Under the pieces are notes generated by a model, which was not told where the DNA came from, searched no databases, and worked only from the letters and a program-made list of their open reading frames with translations. Shown piece after piece: positions 58,101 through 64,000 of a DNA stretch of 64,000 nt. The translations under genes were made by a program, and so were the position numbers. Source of the stretch: Oceanispirochaeta sp. (GTDB taxonomy: Bacteria; Spirochaetota; Spirochaetia; DSM-2461); the NCBI GenBank assembly GCA_963663385.2, contig CAXXXD010000002.1, forward strand, positions 320,001 through 384,000. The letters are read 5' to 3'. Numbering within the stretch: position 1 is the stretch's first letter; each line of letters starts with the position of its first letter.

Positions 58101-60950
58101 ATGAATAGTCATAATAATAGGATGTTTAATTCCTGGAAGATTATTACAATTTGTATTGTTACTGCTTTTATTCCTCTTTATACTCTGATTCTAAACTCAG
58201 CACTTGGAATAACCGACCAATATAATCGTTTCATGGAGAAGTATTATACAACTCTGACAGAGAAAGCCTGTTTTGAAGTTTCCCGTATTATATACAGGGG
58301 GAGCTACTCTCTTGAACTGTTTTCAGAAAATCCTGTAGTACGAAATCCTCATTCCTCCCTGTCCGGGTTGAAAGACGAAATCATCCGGTTTCAGAAAAGA
58401 TGCCCTGTTTTGCAGAATCTCTACTGTCTTGATTCCCGGGGGAATCTGCAGGCCGCTTTATCGGGTTCTCTACCGGAAATCTGGAGAGAGATGGAGTGGT
58501 TCCGGGAAGGTGTAAGCGGTATTGCCGGCGTTTTTAATACCGGGGATTCTGCCCGGAATACTCATCTTGTTGTGACCCAGCCTGTCCTGAATGACGATAA
58601 TGAGGTAAGCAGGGTTCTTATTGGAGTTCTGGGGAATAAGCCTATCAGTGCCATCTCGGAAAAATACCGGAATGATTCCGCTGTTTATCTTCTTTTGAGT
58701 CAGGAAGCCGGCTACCTTTTCCTGTCCGGTTCCGATGAAGAACTTCCTCTGCCTGATAGTCATAGAAGCCTCCTGATGGACCGTAATGAACAGGAACCGA
58801 AAATAACCGTTTTTCTAAAGGACAGTAAGAAATATCATGCTATCTCATCTGTCATCCTGTTCAGAAACAGGAATCAGGATCCTTTGACTCTCAGTTTGAT
58901 AATGCCGGAAAAAGCATATTATGGTGTTCTATACAGAAATCGTCTCCTTTTTATCATTTTTCTTCCTTTATCAGTTCTGCCTCTTATAGCTTTTCAGCTC
59001 CTTTCGGGCAGAAAACTGAAAAAGCGTCTGGATAATATCGGACTGGCTGTTGAATACCTGGCTTCGGGAGAGTGCTGCGAATGTATTACCGATGAAGGGG
59101 ATGATAAGATTACGGATCTCCTGGATAAGGTACATCAGGCCTACAAACTGCTGGCGCAGGCAAGAAATGAACGCCGGGAGGCACTGGATTCGCTGACCGA
59201 AGCCAATCAATACCTGTCAGAAAGCAATCAGAGATTCCAGTTAGCAGTCGAAGGGGCTAACGATGCCATATGGGATTGGGATATTGAAAAAGATGAACTG
59301 TATATTTCCCGGCGTTGGAGCAGTCTTCTCGGAATAGATGGTAATTTCGAAGCTACCGGGATAGAGGACTGGTATAACTGTATTATCCCGGAAGACAGGG
59401 CGCGTGTCCGGCAGGTTCTGCAGGATCACCTTAATGGGGAAACACCGCTTTTCAATGCAGAATACAGGATTATGAATAAGAAGACCGGCATGCGCTGGAT
59501 TCTCAGCCGGGGGCTGGCCTCGAAAAGTGAGGATAACAGGGATGTCCGCATGTCCGGTTCCCACTCGGATATTACAGTAGGGCGGCAGCTGCAGGAAAAG
59601 CTGCATTTCAATGCCTTTCACGATGATCTGACCCATTTGCCCAACCGGATGAAACTGAAAGACCGTATTGAGGAGTCCATACTGCGGAAGCAGCGGGACG
59701 ATAGTTATCAGTTCGCCCTGCTATACCTTGATTATGATGGTTTCAAACATATCAATGATTCTTTTGGACACGGTGTCGGAGATCACCTACTGATTTCCAT
59801 AGCCGAAAGGCTGACCCATTGTGTCCGTCCCCTGGATCTGATATCCCGCTTCGGAGGGGATGAATTTGTTATCCTGCTGGACGGTGTCGGCGGAAGAGTA
59901 AATGTTCAGACTATCCTCGAGAGGATGATGGCAGAAATGAGAAGGCCTTTCGAGATTGATGGGCATACCCTTTTTATTACCGTCAGTATTGGTGTGGCCG
60001 GACTGGAAGGGGAAGACCAGAACTCTCCCGATGAGATTATCCAGAAAGCAGATATAGCCATGTACAGAGCCAAGAATGAAGGGAAGGCACAGGTCATCTA
60101 TTATGAATCCTCCATGGGTTCCTTCGAAAAGCGCCGGTGGTTTCTTGAGAATGAGATGCACAAGGCGTTGGGGACCCACTGTATGCAGGTTCATTACCAG
60201 CCTGTTGTTTCTGCCAATGCAGGATTCATATACGGAATGGAAGCCCTTATCCGGTGGAATCATCTGGATCAGGGATATGTATCACCGGCAGAGTTCATAC
60301 CTATTGCAGAGGAATCCGGATTTATCAATCAGATTACCCGGTGGCTGCTTTTTCAGGTGTGTCAGCAGGCTGTTCTGCTGAATTATAAAAACGACTATCA
60401 GGATCCTATACGAATTGCCATGAATGTTTCGTCACGGGACTTTCTTACAGCTGAAGGTCTGGATACCATTATTCATGACGGTTTGCAGAATACGGGCTGC
60501 CAGCCCGAGTGGATCGCTGTGGAAGTAACCGAAGGAACCCTGATTAAGGATTTTGATATTGTGTCCCGGCAGCTGAAGCAGATTTCCGAAATGGGGATTC
60601 TGATCGAACTGGATGATTTCGGAACAGGTTATTCATCCCTTTCCTACCTTAACCGATTCCCTCTGGCCATTCTGAAGGTTGACCGGTCTTTCATTATAAC
60701 CATGGAAGAATCCGAGTCCAGCAGGAAGCTTGTCAGGACTATTATCCATATGGCAAAAGACCTTGGCATGCGGACAATCGCCGAAGGGGTTGAGATGGAA
60801 TCGCAGCGGAAGCTGCTGGAAGATATGGGCTGTGATTTTATTCAGGGGTATCTTATCGCTAAACCGCTTTCGGATCTGGAGGTGTCCGGTTTTCTGTCCA
60901 GCTGGTTCTGGGAACGGTCAAGTCAGTCCCGGAATATTCAGTTCGGATAA
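58101..60950 (+). CDS. Membrane sensor Cache-HAMP-PAS-GGDEF-EAL protein
   Basis: 2 TM; ANDAIWDWD PAS; RPLDLISRFGGDEF (RxxD I-site); EALIRW, DDFGTGYSSL, AEGVE, QGY. Confidence 0.93.
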   Translation: MNSHNNRMFNSWKIITICIVTAFIPLYTLILNSALGITDQYNRFMEKYYTTLTEKACFEVSRIIYRGSYSLELFSENPVVRNPHSSLSGLKDEIIRFQKRCPVLQNLYCLDSRGNLQAALSGSLPEIWREMEWFREGVSGIAGVFNTGDSARNTHLVVTQPVLNDDNEVSRVLIGVLGNKPISAISEKYRNDSAVYLLLSQEAGYLFLSGSDEELPLPDSHRSLLMDRNEQEPKITVFLKDSKKYHAISSVILFRNRNQDPLTLSLIMPEKAYYGVLYRNRLLFIIFLPLSVLPLIAFQLLSGRKLKKRLDNIGLAVEYLASGECCECITDEGDDKITDLLDKVHQAYKLLAQARNERREALDSLTEANQYLSESNQRFQLAVEGANDAIWDWDIEKDELYISRRWSSLLGIDGNFEATGIEDWYNCIIPEDRARVRQVLQDHLNGETPLFNAEYRIMNKKTGMRWILSRGLASKSEDNRDVRMSGSHSDITVGRQLQEKLHFNAFHDDLTHLPNRMKLKDRIEESILRKQRDDSYQFALLYLDYDGFKHINDSFGHGVGDHLLISIAERLTHCVRPLDLISRFGGDEFVILLDGVGGRVNVQTILERMMAEMRRPFEIDGHTLFITVSIGVAGLEGEDQNSPDEIIQKADIAMYRAKNEGKAQVIYYESSMGSFEKRRWFLENEMHKALGTHCMQVHYQPVVSANAGFIYGMEALIRWNHLDQGYVSPAEFIPIAEESGFINQITRWLLFQVCQQAVLLNYKNDYQDPIRIAMNVSSRDFLTAEGLDTIIHDGLQNTGCQPEWIAVEVTEGTLIKDFDIVSRQLKQISEMGILIELDDFGTGYSSLSYLNRFPLAILKVDRSFIITMEESESSRKLVRTIIHMAKDLGMRTIAEGVEMESQRKLLEDMGCDFIQGYLIAKPLSDLEVSGFLSSWFWERSSQSRNIQFG

Positions 60951-60964
60951 ACTTTAGAATTAAT

Positions 60965-61010
60965 TTGACATATGCTCATATGGGAGGTAAGATTAACTTG
61001 TCTGATAAGT
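60965..61010 (+). promoter_or_regulatory. Sigma70-like promoter plus FadR-type operator
   Basis: TTGACA-N17-TAAGAT followed by the near-palindrome ACTTGTCTGATAAGT. Confidence 0.6.
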
Positions 61011-61047
61011 AGACATCATAAGAGTAGATGATTAAAGGTGTGATTGA

Positions 61048-61740
61048 ATGAAGCCGTTGAAGACAGTTAGATTATCCGATCAGGTTATTGAAGCTTTGAA
61101 AGAGGTCATTGCCAGGGACGGGTTCGGCCCCGGAGATAAATTCTATTCGGAGAATGAACTGACCGGTAAACTGGGGGTCAGCCGTTCCTCAATCCGGGAA
61201 GCTGTTCGTATTCTGGAAGTCACAGGAATTGTCACTGTGAAACACGGTAAAGGTATCTTTATTGCCGATCCTGTCAGGAAAGAACTGGAAGCATTTAAAG
61301 AGTGGCTGAAAACAAATGAAACATCCATATTCGAACATTTTGAAGTCCGTCTGATGATTGACCCCAAGGCGGCGGGAGTTGCTGCGGCCAAAGCAGATGA
61401 TGATGACATAAGGGAAATGGAGAAAGCCTGCTGTGATTTTAATGCGCAGTTCAATGACCATAATACTCCTGCCATGATCAAGTGTGACGAGGAATTTCAT
61501 CTGGCTATGGCCAGGTCGACAAAGAACCGAACCCTCTACTATCTGATGAAAACCATGACAAGTTCCCTTCCCGAAGGATGGATTACCAGTTTGCACATCC
61601 CCGGGCGTTCAGAAAAAACAATAGAAGAACATAAGGCCATCCTTAAGGCCATTCAGGAAAGGGATTCAAGTGCTGCAGAGAAGGCTATGAAAAGCCATCT
61701 GAATAATGCACTGGCTGATATAAGAGCTTCACTGGAGTAA
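61048..61740 (+). CDS. FadR/GntR-family regulator
   Basis: SENELTGKLGVSRSSIREAVRIL, HGKGIF, DEEFH, EHKAIL. Confidence 0.93.
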   Translation: MKPLKTVRLSDQVIEALKEVIARDGFGPGDKFYSENELTGKLGVSRSSIREAVRILEVTGIVTVKHGKGIFIADPVRKELEAFKEWLKTNETSIFEHFEVRLMIDPKAAGVAAAKADDDDIREMEKACCDFNAQFNDHNTPAMIKCDEEFHLAMARSTKNRTLYYLMKTMTSSLPEGWITSLHIPGRSEKTIEEHKAILKAIQERDSSAAEKAMKSHLNNALADIRASLE

Positions 61741-61812
61741 TCCGGTCTGGATAGAACAACATTGCTGTATTTCAAATTATAACGCATGCGGTTATGCGAA
61801 AATGGAGAAGTT

Positions 61813-62643
61813 ATGCCTTTACAAATAACAACATTAATCGAAAACACGATGGGAGAGCATCTGGCTCTGATAAACGAACATGGAATCTCTTTCTATATTG
61901 AAAAAGACGGTCATAAACTGCTGTTTGATACAGGGCAGTCTGAAAACTTTCTTCATAATGCCGGAGAAATGCGGATTGATCTTTCCGACCTGGAATATGT
62001 TGTATTAAGCCATGGACATTATGATCATTCGGGTGGATTGAAGTATCTGACAGAGGTAGCAAAGGGTTTCACCCTGTCTATGGGGAAGGGCTTTTTTGAT
62101 GAGAAGTACGCCTTCAGAAACAATTCCTATGAGTTTCTGGGGAATAATTTTGATGAAACCTTTCTGAAGGATAAAAACATTCCCTACCAGTTTGTAACAG
62201 AAGATATAAAAGAGATCCTGCCCGGAGTTTATGTGGTAACCCGTTTTCCCCGGGTTCACACAAAAGAGGTAATCAACCCCCGTTTCATGATAAGGAAGGA
62301 GGGGCGGTTTGAACAGGATTCCTTTGAAGATGAGGTTCTGATTGCGATCGACACCCCGAAGGGCGTTGTTGTCATCCTCGGCTGTTCCCATCCCGGGATG
62401 CGGAACATGATTGATGCCGTCCGGACCCGGCTGAACAAACCTGTATATGCCGTTCTGGGGGGAACCCATCTGGTAGAAGCTGATAATGAAAATCTGGACC
62501 TATCCATAGATTTCCTTGGAAATGATGAATTGAAAATCGTCGGTGTATCACACTGTACAGGTAAGGAGGCAATGTCAAGATTAAGCGCCTGTAATGACCG
62601 TTACTATCACAGTCGTACAGGCAGCTCTCTGTTTATTGATTAG
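61813..62643 (+). CDS. MBL-fold metallo-hydrolase (COG1237-like)
   Basis: EHGISF, LFDTG, SHGHYDHSGG, GCSHPG, GGTHL, HCTG. Confidence 0.88.
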   Translation: MPLQITTLIENTMGEHLALINEHGISFYIEKDGHKLLFDTGQSENFLHNAGEMRIDLSDLEYVVLSHGHYDHSGGLKYLTEVAKGFTLSMGKGFFDEKYAFRNNSYEFLGNNFDETFLKDKNIPYQFVTEDIKEILPGVYVVTRFPRVHTKEVINPRFMIRKEGRFEQDSFEDEVLIAIDTPKGVVVILGCSHPGMRNMIDAVRTRLNKPVYAVLGGTHLVEADNENLDLSIDFLGNDELKIVGVSHCTGKEAMSRLSACNDRYYHSRTGSSLFID

Positions 62644-62707
62644 GTATTTCGGGCTGTGAATCTTAAAACAGCTCAGAGGTTTTTAGAGTATTCCAGGAGG
62701 TTAGAAG

Positions 62708-63784
62708 ATGTTTACTCGTAAAAAAATGTTGGTTGCTATAGTCTTGATGGCTGCTGCGGCAGTTTTCATGTCTTGCCAGAAAAGTGAAGTTGCCACAGCA
62801 GGAGGGGAAAGTGTTATTACCGCTGATGATCCCATTATCTGGAAATCATCCGGTCATGGTCCTGCTACGGACTTTTCCCAGATCTATCATGATAAGTGCT
62901 GTGAAGCCATCACCAAGGCCAGCGGCGGACGGCTGGTTGTAAAACCCTTTGTGGGCGGATCCATTGTTCCCGCCTATAAAGAGCTGGATGCCATCAACGA
63001 AGGTGTTCTCCAGATGGGCTATTCCTGTCCCATGTACAATCTGGATAAATGGCCTGCTGCAGGCTTGATCAGTTCCCGGCCCGGCGGACTCCCCGGAGAG
63101 GCTCTTAGAACCTGGTTCAACTACGGCGGCGGTGCTGATCTGATGAATAAAATGATGGAAGGCTACGATGTTATGACCTTCCCCGGCGCTCTGTCTCCTC
63201 TGCCGGAAGAGGTTTTCTTCCATTCCAAAGTCAAGCTGGAATCCCTGGATGATCTGCAGGGTCTGAAAGCCCGCTGTATGGGTGACGGAGGTGAAATCCT
63301 GAAAAGAATGGGTGCTGCCACTGTTATTATCCCCGGAGGCGAATGCTACGAAGCCATGCAGAGAGGAACAATTGATGCATTTGAATACTCTACAGTTGCG
63401 ACCAACTGGAATATGCACTTTAACGAAGTTGCTCCCTATATGTACCTGTCTCCCACACGTGCGCCCAGTGATCCCCAGGTGTTCTTTGTTAATAAAACAG
63501 CCTTCAATGAACTGCCCGAGGATCTGCAGGAAATTGTTAAAGCCCAAATTGACCGATGGTCCCAGGCTCAGCATGAGTACCTTGTTTATGAGTCTGTTAA
63601 TGCCGTAGACAAATTCAAGACAGTCGGAACGGAAGTTTACAAAGTGCCCAAGGACATAGAGGATGCCCTGGTAGCTGAAGCGGCTGCTTTTTATGAAGAG
63701 AAATCGGCTAAGGAAAAACCCATCTTTGGCGAGATCTATCAGTCTATGAAAACTTACGGCGAAGCATATAACGCTCTTCATTAA
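62708..63784 (+). CDS. dctP: TRAP substrate-binding protein DctP (TakP-like, lipoprotein)
   Basis: Lipobox FMSC; ASGGRL, DLQGLKAR, GECYEAMQRGTIDAFE. Confidence 0.9.
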   Translation: MFTRKKMLVAIVLMAAAAVFMSCQKSEVATAGGESVITADDPIIWKSSGHGPATDFSQIYHDKCCEAITKASGGRLVVKPFVGGSIVPAYKELDAINEGVLQMGYSCPMYNLDKWPAAGLISSRPGGLPGEALRTWFNYGGGADLMNKMMEGYDVMTFPGALSPLPEEVFFHSKVKLESLDDLQGLKARCMGDGGEILKRMGAATVIIPGGECYEAMQRGTIDAFEYSTVATNWNMHFNEVAPYMYLSPTRAPSDPQVFFVNKTAFNELPEDLQEIVKAQIDRWSQAQHEYLVYESVNAVDKFKTVGTEVYKVPKDIEDALVAEAAAFYEEKSAKEKPIFGEIYQSMKTYGEAYNALH

Positions 63785-63804
63785 TATCGGATAAGGAGTT
63801 GAGC

Positions 63805-64000
63805 ATGGCCATTTTACAAAAAGTGCTGAAGATAATTGATTGGCTCTGTGAAAAAGCTGGAGCTGTGGGGAAATGGTTTGCTTTTCTCCTTGTATTAGTA
63901 GGCTCCTATGATGCTATTTCCAGACATTTTTTTAATGCCCCCACCATCTGGGCATACGATACCCTTTGTATCTCGGGTGGTGTGGTCTATATGCTGGGAG
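63805..64000 (+). CDS. dctQ: TRAP small permease DctQ (partial)
   Basis: AAGGAG SD; MAILQKVLKIIDWLCEKAG...YDAISRHFFNAPTIWAYD... Confidence 0.85.
   Translation, partial: MAILQKVLKIIDWLCEKAGAVGKWFAFLLVLVGSYDAISRHFFNAPTIWAYDTLCISGGVVYMLG

Overview
A gene-dense 64-kb bacterial chromosomal window with about 55 CDS. No rRNA, tRNA, CRISPR array, integrase or transposase is visible. The protein style (sugar-binding proteins with 'GGQxE' N-termini, a BB0323-like LysM lipoprotein, a PtsN-DAC fusion) suggests a free-living anaerobic Spirochaetaceae; this is an inference. Content is mostly carbohydrate uptake and catabolism (three sugar ABC clusters, two sulfatases, GH65, TRAP), nucleoside salvage (psuK/psuG, dihydropyrimidinase) and signalling (soluble MCP, diadenylate cyclase, GGDEF-EAL, FHA-LuxR). 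The main observations are: (1) a 7.5-kb AT-richer sugar-acid catabolic islet bracketed by a 32-bp direct repeat (1 mismatch) that duplicates the 3' end of the neighbouring regulator gene, with no integrase; (2) an ABC operon ending in an HD-domain/MggS-like glycosyltransferase fusion plus a putative glycosidase; (3) a lysine-2,3-aminomutase + Ddl-like ligase operon with a structured leader, an Arg-rich uORF and a coupled 46-aa ORF; (4) a PTS-EIIA-fused c-di-AMP cyclase; (5) a frameshifted aminotransferase. All functional calls come from motif recognition by eye; no searches were run.
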